Shown in pieces: positions 29,799-39,364 of a stretch of DNA of 64,000 nucleotides (position 1 is its first letter; every line of letters begins with the position of its first letter). The position numbers were made by a program, and so were the translations under genes. This stretch comes from Candidatus Omnitrophota bacterium (GTDB lineage Bacteria; Omnitrophota; Gorgyraeia; Gorgyraeales; Gorgyraeaceae), in the NCBI GenBank assembly GCA_043822665.1, contig JBDRBM010000042.1, positions 3,453 to 67,452 on the forward strand, written 5' to 3'. Below the pieces are notes generated by a model. It saw only the letters and a list, made by a program, of their open reading frames with translations, did not search any database and had not been told where the DNA came from.

Positions 29799-30956
29799 AT
29801 GAAACAAGTATATTTAGATCATAACGCTACTACACCGGTGCGTAAAGAGGTAATAGAGGCAATGATGCCGTATTTCAGTAATGAATATGGTAACGCGTCG
29901 AGTGTGCACTCAATGGGTCAATCAGCCAGAAAGGCTGTTGAATCAGCAAGGAGTGTAATGGGTAATTCCATAGGCACAGAGCCTGTAGACATAATATGTA
30001 CCTCCGGAGGCACAGAGTCTGATAATTTTGCGATAAAAGGCGTGGCCATGGCAAATCTTGATAAAGGCAGGCATGTCATAACAAGCGAGATAGAGCACCA
30101 TGCTGTCCTTGATTCATGCAGGTTTATTGAAGAAGAACTTGGTTTTGAGGTGACTCGCGTCCCAGTGGATAAGTACGGGGTTATAGACATGGATAGGTTA
30201 AAAGATTCTGTGCGAAAAGACACTGTACTTATTTCAATAATGTTTGCGAATAACGAAGTCGGCACAATAGAGCCCGTTAAAGAGATTGCCAATATTGCCA
30301 GGAAGAACGGAGTTTATTTTCATACTGATGCGGTGCAGGCGCTTGGCAAGGAGCCGATAGATATTGAAGAGCTTGGTGTCGACCTTTGTTCATTTTCCGC
30401 TCACAAACTGAACGGGCCTAAAGGGATAGGCGCGCTTTACGTCAGAAAAGGCGTAAAGCTTGTATCTTTTCACAGCGGCGGCAGCCATGAGAGAAAATTG
30501 CGGGCAGGGACTTTAAATGTCCCTGGCATAGTCGGGTTTGCCAAGGCAGTAGAGATAGCGCAAAGAGAATTGCCGACGGTAAATAAGAATATGAAAAAAC
30601 TGACTAAGAGGCTTTTAGACGGTTTAAATAAAAACCTTGAAGAGATATACCTGAACGGCCATCCTGACAAGAGACTTTCTAACACACTTAATATTTCTTT
30701 CAGATATGTCGAAGGTGAATCTTTAATATTGAATTTCGATTTGAAAGGCATATTTGCTTCGACAGGCTCCGCATGTACCTCAGGTTCTCTTGACCCGTCG
30801 CACGTCCTTACAGCCATGGGGGTCAAACCTGACTTGACGCAGGCCTCGATAAGATTTTCTTTTGGTCATGGCAATACAGAAGAGGATGTTGATTACTGTG
30901 TGTCTGAAATCCCGCCTATAGTTAAAAGACTCAGAGAGATGTCGCCTTTATGTTAA
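29799..30956 (+). CDS. nifS: cysteine desulfurase, NifS/IscS class
   Basis: The PLP-lysine context SFSAHKLNGPKG and the catalytic Cys loop STGSACTSGS are present. The N-terminus is VYLDHNATTP. Confidence 0.85.
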   Translation: MKQVYLDHNATTPVRKEVIEAMMPYFSNEYGNASSVHSMGQSARKAVESARSVMGNSIGTEPVDIICTSGGTESDNFAIKGVAMANLDKGRHVITSEIEHHAVLDSCRFIEEELGFEVTRVPVDKYGVIDMDRLKDSVRKDTVLISIMFANNEVGTIEPVKEIANIARKNGVYFHTDAVQALGKEPIDIEELGVDLCSFSAHKLNGPKGIGALYVRKGVKLVSFHSGGSHERKLRAGTLNVPGIVGFAKAVEIAQRELPTVNKNMKKLTKRLLDGLNKNLEEIYLNGHPDKRLSNTLNISFRYVEGESLILNFDLKGIFASTGSACTSGSLDPSHVLTAMGVKPDLTQASIRFSFGHGNTEEDVDYCVSEIPPIVKRLREMSPLC

Positions 30957-31735
30957 TCGATACACATTGTCATTTGGATTTTGAAGATTTTGAGCCTGAC
31001 AGGCAAGAGGTTATTGCGCGGTCCAAAGAGCAAGGCATAGAGCGTATAATCAATGTGGGGTCCAGCCTGGAAGGGACTGAAAAATCCATAAGGCTCAGCC
31101 AGGAAAATGATTTTATATACGCGTCAGCAGGCATTCACCCGCATGAAGCCGGCAGGATTACGGAGAAAGACATGGAATTTTTTAAAAGGTTTCTGGAATC
31201 CAAAAAGGTGGTTGCGGTAGGGGAGATAGGGCTAGATTACTATAGAAATATTTCTTTAAAAGATAAACAGAAGAGGTTATTTGCGAGACTGCTTAACGCA
31301 GCGAAAGAAAAGGACTTGCCCGTGATTATACATAATAGAGATGCGCATGAAGATACGCTGTATATATTAAAGGAGGCCATGGGGGGTGCCATAAATGGCG
31401 TTATGCATTGTTTTTCAGGCGACAGGCCTTTTCTTGAGGAATGTCTTGCCTTAGGCATGTTTGTATCTTTTACGTGTAACGTAACATTTAAAAACGCAGC
31501 TTGGCTGCGGGAAATTGTAAGACTTGTGCCTGCGGATAGGCTTCTTCTTGAGACAGATGCCCCGTTTTTGGCGCCGCAGGCCTTCCGCGGCAGGCGCAAT
31601 GAACCAGCCTATATAAAGTATCTGGCAGAAGAGATTGCAAAGATAAAAGATATGAGCTTTGAGGAAGTCGCGAAGATCACCACTGAAAACGCTAAAAGGT
31701 TATTTAAGTTGAGCAGTCAGGGAGTTTTTCTATAA
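30950..31735 (+). CDS. tatD: TatD-family metal-dependent hydrolase/DNase
   Basis: LIDTHCHLD at the N-terminus, GEIGLDY, HCFSG and ETDAPFLAP motifs. The start overlaps the nifS end. Confidence 0.9.
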   Translation: MLIDTHCHLDFEDFEPDRQEVIARSKEQGIERIINVGSSLEGTEKSIRLSQENDFIYASAGIHPHEAGRITEKDMEFFKRFLESKKVVAVGEIGLDYYRNISLKDKQKRLFARLLNAAKEKDLPVIIHNRDAHEDTLYILKEAMGGAINGVMHCFSGDRPFLEECLALGMFVSFTCNVTFKNAAWLREIVRLVPADRLLLETDAPFLAPQAFRGRRNEPAYIKYLAEEIAKIKDMSFEEVAKITTENAKRLFKLSSQGVFL

Positions 31736-32814
31736 TGTCGACTGCTCATCCTGAGGTGATTTTCTTGGAATTTTTAAAGAGGTCTCAGATGTATCAATTT
31801 TTAAGGCGTGAGAAAATATACATACTCATGCTTTTTTTTATACTCGCGGTAAATTTTTTAAATACAGGCCAGACGGAGAAGAAGCGCGTTGGGGGGGAAA
31901 AATCTTTGTCCTCCATGACGCTTGACGAAATGGGTATTACCGAGCAAAAGGTCAGGGATTATATTGCCTCTGACAGACCTGGCGCTGGATTGTTTAGATA
32001 TTTGACAATAGCAGGTTTTTTTATTTTTATACTGGCGATGGTTCTTAACATAGCGTTTATTTTTTTTGGTAAAAAGCCCGTTATAGCCGCCTCGGGCTAT
32101 AAAAATCCTGTTTCATGGGGCATAGGAGATCTTTTGAAGACCGGAGTTATAATTGTTTTTTTAAGCTATGTTGTGGCAATAATCGAGGGTTTTCTTTTCA
32201 GGATATTTCATTTTGATTTGGGATTGAATCTACGCATGATGCTAAATACTTTTCTTGTGGACATAGCAGTGGTTATGGTGGTGCTTTATTTTGTCGTGGT
32301 GAAGCATAAAGAAAGATTTCAGGCATTGGGTTTCAGGTTTTCGTCCTTTTTCAGGGATATTTTATCAGGAATAACAGCTTATATTTTTATATTGCCTTTA
32401 CTCTTGGTGGTGTTGTTTCTGTCAATAATGGCTTTAAACTTTTTTGGGTATACGCCATCTCCACAGCCTGTCTTTGAGGTGTTCATGCAAGAGAAGAGCG
32501 GTAATGCGCTATTACTCCTGACGCTGTTTGTTTCTGTATTCGGGCCTATAATTGAAGAGGTCTTCTTTAGGGGGTTTATGTACAGCGCTATGAGGAAACG
32601 CTTTGGCATAGTGGCCGCGGTTTTTTTAAGCGCCTCAATATTCAGTTTCTTGCATACAAATATCATTGGGTTTCTGCCTATAATGGTCTTGGGCGCGCTT
32701 CTGGCATATCTCTATGAGACCACAGGTTCGCTTGTATCTTCGATAGCCGTTCATATAATGCATAATTCTATTATATTGATCTTTGTTTTTTTTATAAAGG
32801 AACTGATGGCATGA
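31735..32814 (+). CDS. CPBP-family intramembrane glutamic endopeptidase
   Basis: The polytopic protein has EEVFFRGF, FLHTN and HIMHN motifs (CAAX protease/bacteriocin-processing family). Confidence 0.75.
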   Translation: MSTAHPEVIFLEFLKRSQMYQFLRREKIYILMLFFILAVNFLNTGQTEKKRVGGEKSLSSMTLDEMGITEQKVRDYIASDRPGAGLFRYLTIAGFFIFILAMVLNIAFIFFGKKPVIAASGYKNPVSWGIGDLLKTGVIIVFLSYVVAIIEGFLFRIFHFDLGLNLRMMLNTFLVDIAVVMVVLYFVVVKHKERFQALGFRFSSFFRDILSGITAYIFILPLLLVVLFLSIMALNFFGYTPSPQPVFEVFMQEKSGNALLLLTLFVSVFGPIIEEVFFRGFMYSAMRKRFGIVAAVFLSASIFSFLHTNIIGFLPIMVLGALLAYLYETTGSLVSSIAVHIMHNSIILIFVFFIKELMA

Positions 32815-33917
32815 AGACCAGGGTTTCTATTGTCAAATGCGGGACATATGATCCTTATGAAGTCCAGACTTCTGTAGAAAGGGCGTTTGAGCTTTTAGAA
32901 GGCGGGATAGGGGCCTTTATTAAAAAAGACGAGAAGGTCCTGATCAAACCAAACATGCTTTCCGGCAGGCTGCCTGAACATGGCGTAAATACCAATCTCG
33001 AGGTCATAAGGGCGTGTTCCAGGCTTATAAAAAGGCAGGGCGCTCGTCCTCTGATAGGAGATAACCCTGGGGGATCTATTACGCCCAGCGATGCCTACCA
33101 GGGCTCTGGCTTATTAAATATGGCCAAAGAAGAAAATATCGAATGTCTTGAGGCCAAGGATGTAAAAATGGTCAAAGGCCTGCCAATAGCATCTTATTTT
33201 TTTGAATGCGATAAGATTATTTCAATACCAAAGATGAAAACGCACAGCCTGATGGGATTGACAGGAGCTGTCAAGAACATGTACGGGGCTGTTGCGGGGC
33301 TTAATAAGTCTGAATTACATAAAAGATTTCCCGCGCCGGCAGATTTTGTACATGTGATTGTGGATGCTTTCCAGGTTGTCAGGCCGCACCTTGTTTTAAT
33401 GGACGGTATTGTGGCAATGGAAGGCGATGGCCCTGCTTCGGGCGCCTTGAGGAATGTCGGGCTTTTGCTGGCTGGCGAAGATAGCGTGGCAGTGGATAGT
33501 GTGTTTGCGAGTTTGATAGGCATAGACCCTTTAGACATGCTTACTACAAAAGAGGCCAGCAATAGAGGTTTGGGAGAAGCGGGTATGGAGAATATCGAAA
33601 TTGCCGGGGAATCACTGGAAGAGAATGTAGTTCGGGGATTCAAGCTTCCTGGTTCAGCGGCGCTCTTATCTCTTCCTTCTCCTATTGTCAGGCTTTTAGC
33701 GAGCCTTATAAGGTTTGGCCCGTATATAAACGAAGGCATATGTAAAAAATGCATGATCTGTAAAGATACATGTCCTGTATCTGCCATTACCATAGATGAT
33801 AAGATTTCAAAAATAGATTATAATAAATGCATAAAGTGCATGTGTTGTCACGAGATATGCCCCTATAAAGCCGTGGAGTTAAAGAGGAATGTTCTATCGA
33901 AACTCTTTGGTTTATAA
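32811..33917 (+). CDS. DUF362-domain protein with C-terminal 2x[4Fe-4S] ferredoxin motifs
   Basis: A DUF362-like N-terminal body (VLIKPNML...) is followed by CKKCMICKDTCP and CIKCMCCHEICP cluster motifs. Confidence 0.65.
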   Translation: MKTRVSIVKCGTYDPYEVQTSVERAFELLEGGIGAFIKKDEKVLIKPNMLSGRLPEHGVNTNLEVIRACSRLIKRQGARPLIGDNPGGSITPSDAYQGSGLLNMAKEENIECLEAKDVKMVKGLPIASYFFECDKIISIPKMKTHSLMGLTGAVKNMYGAVAGLNKSELHKRFPAPADFVHVIVDAFQVVRPHLVLMDGIVAMEGDGPASGALRNVGLLLAGEDSVAVDSVFASLIGIDPLDMLTTKEASNRGLGEAGMENIEIAGESLEENVVRGFKLPGSAALLSLPSPIVRLLASLIRFGPYINEGICKKCMICKDTCPVSAITIDDKISKIDYNKCIKCMCCHEICPYKAVELKRNVLSKLFGL

Positions 33918-33967
33918 GGCCGGCTCGTAGTTAAGATTGAACTTTGCGAAAGAGGGGGGGAGGGGAG

Positions 33968-34993
33968 ATGCTGTTAGAGCCTATAAAATGGGAAGCGAAC
34001 AAGATAGTATTTATCGACCAGACAGAATTACCTTTGCGTTTGAAGTTCATAAAGTGCGGAGATATTGATACGCTTTGCGAGGCAATAAAAAAGTTAAAGA
34101 TACGCGGCGCTCCTCTTATAGGTGTTTCTGCGGCGTTGGGTTATGCGCTTTCAGCTATAAATTCCACGCCAAAAACTTCGGCAGGATTAAGAAAAAACTT
34201 AGCCTGTTCATCAGCAAAATTAAAGGCGACAAGGCCGACTGCTGTAAATCTTTTCTGGGCCATGAGACGCATGGAGGATAGATTTTTGAGTTTATCAGGG
34301 TCCATGGGACTTAAAGAAATCAAAAGGTCATTGTTAAAAGAAGCGCTTTCTATTCTAAAGGAGGACCAGGATATGTGCCGGGCCATTGGCAGAAACGGCG
34401 CGCGGTTAGTAAAAAATAAAGATATTATTTTAACTCATTGCAACGCGGGGATGCTTGCCACCGCAGGCCATGGCACGGCATTATCTATTTTTTATGAAGC
34501 AAAGAGACAGGGTAAAAAGTTTAAGGTATACGCGGATGAGACAAGGCCGCTTATGCAGGGTTCAAGGCTTACGATGTGGGAGCTTATGAAAAATGGGATT
34601 GATGCCACTCTTATATGTGACGACATGGCCGCCAGCGCAATAAAGAATAAAGGTATCACAAAGATTATTGTAGGCGCTGACAGGATTGCCAGGAATGGCG
34701 ATACCGCGAATAAGATAGGGACTTACGGCCTTGCCATCCTAGCGAAATACCATGGCATACCTTTTTATGTGGCCGCGCCGAGTTCTACCATAGACTATAA
34801 TATAAAGACCGGAAAGGTCATTCCCATAGAAGAAAGAAAAAGAGAAGAGATTATTTATACAGGCGCGAGGCAAACCGCTCCGCTTAACGCTAAGGTGCAT
34901 AACCCGGCATTTGATGTTACTCCAGCCGGACTCATAAGAGCTATAATAACAGAATCAGGCGTATATGATATTAAGAGATTTAGGAGAATTTAA
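33968..34993 (+). CDS. mtnA: S-methyl-5-thioribose-1-phosphate isomerase (eIF-2B alpha/beta/delta-like family)
   Basis: The 341-aa protein has FIDQTELP, IRGAPLIG, ATRPTAVNL, HCNAG, ETRPLMQGSRLT, GADRIARNGDTANKIGTY and NPAFDVTPAGLI. ATG 33968 follows GGGGGAGGGGA. Confidence 0.8.
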   Translation: MLLEPIKWEANKIVFIDQTELPLRLKFIKCGDIDTLCEAIKKLKIRGAPLIGVSAALGYALSAINSTPKTSAGLRKNLACSSAKLKATRPTAVNLFWAMRRMEDRFLSLSGSMGLKEIKRSLLKEALSILKEDQDMCRAIGRNGARLVKNKDIILTHCNAGMLATAGHGTALSIFYEAKRQGKKFKVYADETRPLMQGSRLTMWELMKNGIDATLICDDMAASAIKNKGITKIIVGADRIARNGDTANKIGTYGLAILAKYHGIPFYVAAPSSTIDYNIKTGKVIPIEERKREEIIYTGARQTAPLNAKVHNPAFDVTPAGLIRAIITESGVYDIKRFRRI

Positions 34994-35867
34994 TCTTATA
35001 AACAGGATTTCCAGGCGGGTGAAGTTATCTGCCAACGTTGTTAAAGGTATAGGCGATGATACAGCAGTCTTAAAATATAAAAAAGATAGATATCTCCTGT
35101 TTACCACGGATATGCTTCTTGAAGATAAACATTTCCTCAAGCGCTCAGGCGGATATCTCATAGGTAAAAAATCCATAGCGGTAAATATAAGCGATATAGC
35201 GGCGATGGGAGGAATACCATTGGCTGGCGTAATTTCTTTGGGCGTTCCCCCGTCACTGGGCGTGGATTTTGTTGATAGATTATATAGAGGGATTAAAGAA
35301 ATGGCCAGGAAGTTTAAGATAGACCTGGTAGGGGGGGATACTATAAGTTCTGAAAAGATAGTTATAAACATTGCGCTTATCGGAGAGGTAGAAAAAAAGA
35401 ACCTGGTTTTACGTAATGGCGCCGCGCCAGGTGATGTTATTTTTGTAACAGGCGAGATAGGCGGTTCAATAAAGGGCAGGCATCTTAATTTTACGCCGCG
35501 CGTGAAAGTTGCCCGCTTTCTCGTCGAAAAGTATAAAATTCATTCAATGATAGACATTTCTGACGGCCTCATTATAGATCTAAGCCATATCCTAGAGTCC
35601 AGCAGTGTAGGCGCTGTTATTTATGAGAAAGATATGCCGGTTTCAAGAGACGCAAAAAATTCTAAGACAGCTATAAGAGATGGCGAGGATTTTGAACTTG
35701 TTTTTACTGTGTCAAAGGCAGTTGCTGATAGGCTGGTTAAAGATTGGCCGTTTAAGACAAGGCTTTCGATAATAGGAAAGACTTGTAATAAATCATCCGG
35801 TTTCAGTCTTGTAAGAAAAAATGGTGTTAAAGAGAAGATAAAACCAATGGGTTATGAACATTTTTAA
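34965..35867 (+). CDS. thiL: thiamine-monophosphate kinase
   Basis: LGEFNLINRI, GIGDDTAVL, TTDMLLEDKHF, NISDIAAMGG and LVGGDT motifs of the AIR-synthase-related ThiL family are present. Confidence 0.85.
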   Translation: MILRDLGEFNLINRISRRVKLSANVVKGIGDDTAVLKYKKDRYLLFTTDMLLEDKHFLKRSGGYLIGKKSIAVNISDIAAMGGIPLAGVISLGVPPSLGVDFVDRLYRGIKEMARKFKIDLVGGDTISSEKIVINIALIGEVEKKNLVLRNGAAPGDVIFVTGEIGGSIKGRHLNFTPRVKVARFLVEKYKIHSMIDISDGLIIDLSHILESSSVGAVIYEKDMPVSRDAKNSKTAIRDGEDFELVFTVSKAVADRLVKDWPFKTRLSIIGKTCNKSSGFSLVRKNGVKEKIKPMGYEHF

Positions 35868-35894
35868 TAATCAGAGCCCATTGCATCCCATGGG

Positions 35895-35992
35895 CTTAAC
35901 TTGATATAGTAGGAAATGCCTTTTTAAGTCGTTGTAGGGGCGTCATTTATGGCGCCCGTTGATGCTTACAATGTAAGAATTGTCAAGTTAAG
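35895..35992 (+). repeat. modular repeat, copy B (left end + module 1 + right end; module 2 absent)
   Basis: CTTAACTTGATATAGTAGGAAATGCCTTTTTAAGTCGTTGTAGGGGCGTCATTTATGGCGCCCGTTGATGC joined directly to TTACAATGTAAGAATTGTCAAGTTAAG. Confidence 0.9.
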
Positions 35993-36002
35993 GGATATTG
36001 AG

Positions 36003-36422
36003 ATGATTACATATAGCGCTGAAGAGACAATAAAGTTAGGGCGGGATATGGCAAAAGGATTATATAAAGGAGATATTGTCGCTCTTTACGGTGAACTTGG
36101 AAGCGGCAAGACCACCTTTGTTAAGGGAATTGGCATGGGATTGGCTGTCAGGGAGGCCAGGCATATAAACAGCCCCACGTTTGTCTTGATAAAAGAATAT
36201 AAAGGCAGACTTCCTTTGTATCACATGGACCTTTATAGATTGGGCAATCTTAAAGATATAGAGGATATTGCGGCGGAGGAATATATATACGGAGATGGTG
36301 TGGCTATTATAGAATGGGCAGAAAAATTAAAGACTATGCTGCCCGAGAAAATTATATCGGTGAGATTTAATATTAAAGGCGAGAATAAAAGAGAGGTAAG
36401 GATTGAAGATCTTAGGCATTGA
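36003..36422 (+). CDS. tsaE: tRNA t6A37 biosynthesis ATPase TsaE
   Basis: P-loop GELGSGKTTFVKG, then SPTFVL, then HMDLYRL. ATG 36003 gives MITYSAEET. The ORF-track start at 35949 (MAPVDA) is read out of the repeat. Confidence 0.88.
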   Translation: MITYSAEETIKLGRDMAKGLYKGDIVALYGELGSGKTTFVKGIGMGLAVREARHINSPTFVLIKEYKGRLPLYHMDLYRLGNLKDIEDIAAEEYIYGDGVAIIEWAEKLKTMLPEKIISVRFNIKGENKREVRIEDLRH

Positions 36423-37092
36423 TACCAGTTCAAGAGTTTTGAGCATTGCTTTCAGTCGAGACGGCAATGTTATAATAGAAGAAAATTCCGCGCTCGAAAA
36501 GACGCACGCAAGTTTTTTAATACCGAAGATTGAAGGATTACTGAAAAAGGCCCGTGTATCCGTAAAAGCGATAGATGGTTTTATTGTAGGGCTGGGCCCT
36601 GGTTCGTTTACGGGCCTGCGCATAGGCGTGAGCACTGTCAAAGGTTTTGGCATTGCCACAGATAAACAGTGCATAGGAGTTTCCAGCCTTGATTCCATGG
36701 CTTTTGGCATTGACGGAGACAAAGATAGAACGATAGTCCCGATCATAGACGCGAAACGAGGGCAGGTTTATAGCGCTATATACTCAAAAGAAAAAACTAA
36801 ACTTATAAAAAAGACAGGATATCTCTTATTGGGTATTGATAAGCTTATGAAGAAGATAAAAGGGCCGGCAGTTTTTTTAGGAGACGGCATAAACCTTTAT
36901 AGAGAGGATATAGAAAAGCTAAATAAAAAGTCCATTTTTCTGGAAGAAGAATACTGGTATCCCAGGGCAGGTAATCTTATAAGACTTGGGATCAAAAAGA
37001 TAAAAAAAGGCAAAAAATCAGACTTAGGTAAGTTACAACCAATTTATTTATACCCAAAAGATTGCCAGGTTAAAGTGAAAAGGATAGCTTGA
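36403..37092 (+). CDS. tsaB: tRNA t6A37 biosynthesis protein TsaB
   Basis: MKILGIDTSS at the N-terminus and GPGSFTGLRIGVSTVKG, the ASKHA-fold TsaB pattern. Confidence 0.88.
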   Translation: MKILGIDTSSRVLSIAFSRDGNVIIEENSALEKTHASFLIPKIEGLLKKARVSVKAIDGFIVGLGPGSFTGLRIGVSTVKGFGIATDKQCIGVSSLDSMAFGIDGDKDRTIVPIIDAKRGQVYSAIYSKEKTKLIKKTGYLLLGIDKLMKKIKGPAVFLGDGINLYREDIEKLNKKSIFLEEEYWYPRAGNLIRLGIKKIKKGKKSDLGKLQPIYLYPKDCQVKVKRIA

Positions 37093-38222
37093 TGGCTAAT
37101 CAAATGAAATTTTACAGGCCTACTTTCGCAGAGATAGACTTAGGCGCCATACGCCATAATGTGCGCAGAATAAGACAGCTAATCGGCCATGATGCCAAGA
37201 TACTCGGAGTGGTAAAGGCAGACGCATATGGCCATGGCATGAAACAAGTCTCCAGGGTTTTGGTCGAGGAGGGCGTTGAGTATATCGGCGTTGCATCGCT
37301 GGACGAAGCGCGCGAGCTTCGTCAGGCAGGTATAAAAAATAAAATACTTTCTCTCGGCGCCATACTTAATGAGGAGGCAAAAGGTGTACTGAAGTTTGAT
37401 GTAATACAGGCAATATCGGATTTACATATTGCCAGGGCGCTTTCTATGCTTGGCCAGGCAAAGAAAAAAGACATAAAAGTACACATAAAGATAGATACGG
37501 GCATGGGTAGGCTTGGATTTTGGCATGAAGAAGCCATTGGGTTTGTAAAAAAGATCAGTTCTATGGACAGAATTGTCATAGATGGCATATTTACGCATTT
37601 TCCGAACGCGGAAGAGGATAAGGTCTTTACGCTGAGCCAGATAAGAATATTTAAGGCGTTAATAGAGGATCTCCTGCGGCTCGGCATAGATATACCTATT
37701 AAACATGCCTCTAACAGCATGGCGTTGATAGATTTTAAGGACGCGCATATGAATATGGTGAGGCCAGGCCTTATAATATATGGTCTGTATCCAAAAAAAG
37801 AACTCGCGGGCAAATTAAAACTCAGGCCCGCGCTTAAATTAAAAAGTAAAGTTATTCACGTGAAATCTTTATTAAAAGGCCGCAGTGTGAGCTATGGCAG
37901 GACTTATGTGGCCGCCAAGGATACGCGTGTAGCCATTATACCAGTGGGATACGGCGATGGTTACTCAAGACATCTTTCTAATCAGGCAGACGTCCTTATC
38001 AAAGGTAATCGCTGCCCTGTTGTCGGTAAGATATGCATGGATATAACCATAGTTGATGTCGGCCATCTGAAAAATGTCAGGCCCGGCGATGAGGCTGTTT
38101 TAATAGGCACTCAAGGCAGGGGAGCTATTCCGGTAGAAGAGATAGCTGGTCTTTTGAATACGATACCTTATGAAGTGGTATGCGGTATAGGCAGGCGGGT
38201 CCCGCGGGTGTATAAAAATTAA
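37089..38222 (+). CDS. alr: alanine racemase
   Basis: The PLP-lysine motif VVKADAYGHG is present, with a C-terminal beta domain containing SYGRTY and ICMD. Confidence 0.92.
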   Translation: MMANQMKFYRPTFAEIDLGAIRHNVRRIRQLIGHDAKILGVVKADAYGHGMKQVSRVLVEEGVEYIGVASLDEARELRQAGIKNKILSLGAILNEEAKGVLKFDVIQAISDLHIARALSMLGQAKKKDIKVHIKIDTGMGRLGFWHEEAIGFVKKISSMDRIVIDGIFTHFPNAEEDKVFTLSQIRIFKALIEDLLRLGIDIPIKHASNSMALIDFKDAHMNMVRPGLIIYGLYPKKELAGKLKLRPALKLKSKVIHVKSLLKGRSVSYGRTYVAAKDTRVAIIPVGYGDGYSRHLSNQADVLIKGNRCPVVGKICMDITIVDVGHLKNVRPGDEAVLIGTQGRGAIPVEEIAGLLNTIPYEVVCGIGRRVPRVYKN

Positions 38223-38294
38223 ATAATTTTATACTTGAAAAATAATTATTTTGCGGTATGCTTATTAGTAGCAGTAAAAGAGGATAGGTGATAA

Positions 38295-38588
38295 ATGGAT
38301 AAAAATGAGGTAATGTACCGCCGGAACTTAGATAGTTTTTTCAAACCAGGCATTTGGTGGTCTGTGTGGATACTAGGCGCATTATTTTTATTATATACAC
38401 TTATTTTTAACGCTGGCTCGCTGCTTAGATATAATTATTACCTTCCTGGCGAGATAGCGTTTCGAGACGCGGATGCGGGTAAATTGTTTTTCCTTGCAGT
38501 TAATATGCCTTTCATTTCTTTTACCTGTCTTTTTGCCGGTCATGTGACACTGGCATTATACAAGATCAAAAAGACGAAAAAGGTATAA
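38295..38588 (+). CDS. hypothetical small membrane protein (97 aa)
   Basis: There are two predicted hydrophobic helices (WWSVWILGALFLLYTLIF; FLAVNMPFISFTCLFAGHVTLAL). No family was recognised. Confidence 0.4.
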   Translation: MDKNEVMYRRNLDSFFKPGIWWSVWILGALFLLYTLIFNAGSLLRYNYYLPGEIAFRDADAGKLFFLAVNMPFISFTCLFAGHVTLALYKIKKTKKV

Positions 38589-38636
38589 TTTTGATTGGGG
38601 TTTGATTTATGTAGTCTCAATCTGCGAGAGGGGTTT

Positions 38637-39110
38637 ATGTCAGAGGGAGTATTTTTAACAAGGGGAGGCTTTGAAAAACTTAAGAAACAGCTCGAGGATC
38701 TTAAAGGCCGCAGGCGCAGAGAGATAGCATCCAGCCTGGAAAAGGCCAGGCTCCTTGGTGACCTTAGCGAGAATGCGGAATATGATTCCGCCAAACAGGC
38801 TCAGGCAGTAAATGAAAAGAGGATAAACGAACTTGAAAATAAACTTGCCATGGCTAGGATAATTGATGGCGAGAGCATAGCAACTGATAAGGCCTATGTA
38901 GGAGCAACCGTAAAGCTTAAAGATATTGACTCGGCCGAAGAGATAATCTATAAGCTTGTGACAGAGGATGAGGCAGATTTTGGGGCAGGAAAGATATCAA
39001 TCTCTTCTCCTGTAGGAAAATCTCTTTTAGGCAGAAAAAAGGGCGAGATAGTGAACATAAACATTCCCGCGGGAGTGCTTAAATATAAAGTAGTAGACAT
39101 TTCCAGGTAA
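38637..39110 (+). CDS. greA: transcription elongation factor GreA
   Basis: LTRGGFEKLKKQLEDLK...LEKARLLGDLSENAEYDSAKQAQ forms the coiled-coil N-domain. The C-terminal domain has ISISSPVGKSLLGRKKGE. ATG 38637 follows GAGAGGGG. Confidence 0.92.
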   Translation: MSEGVFLTRGGFEKLKKQLEDLKGRRRREIASSLEKARLLGDLSENAEYDSAKQAQAVNEKRINELENKLAMARIIDGESIATDKAYVGATVKLKDIDSAEEIIYKLVTEDEADFGAGKISISSPVGKSLLGRKKGEIVNINIPAGVLKYKVVDISR

Positions 39111-39112
39111 TG

Positions 39113-39241
39113 GGTGAGTTATCGGGGGTACATGTGTCATTGCGAGGGCACGAAGTGCCAGAAGCAATCTCAAAAACACGACGGAGATTGCTTCGTCGCT
39201 TCGCTTCTCGCAATGACATCCCCCCCCCGTGATAACTCACC
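39113..39241. repeat. 129-bp imperfect palindrome (CATTGCGAG..CTCGCAATG type)
   Basis: The arm GGTGAGTTATC-GGGGG..TGTCATTGCGAG..GAAGCAATCTC pairs with GAGATTGCTTC..CTCGCAATGACA..CCCCC..GATAACTCACC. The inner hairpin is GGCACGAAGTGCC. Confidence 0.85.
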
Positions 39242-39364
39242 GATTACATTTCCAGATAAAATTCTATTGTAATTTCCCCTATAAAATGAGATAATATACA
39301 ACGTCTGATATCATATGTTAAATGTGCGTTTTTGGCCGTAAAAGTATAAAAGAAAGGAGAAAAA

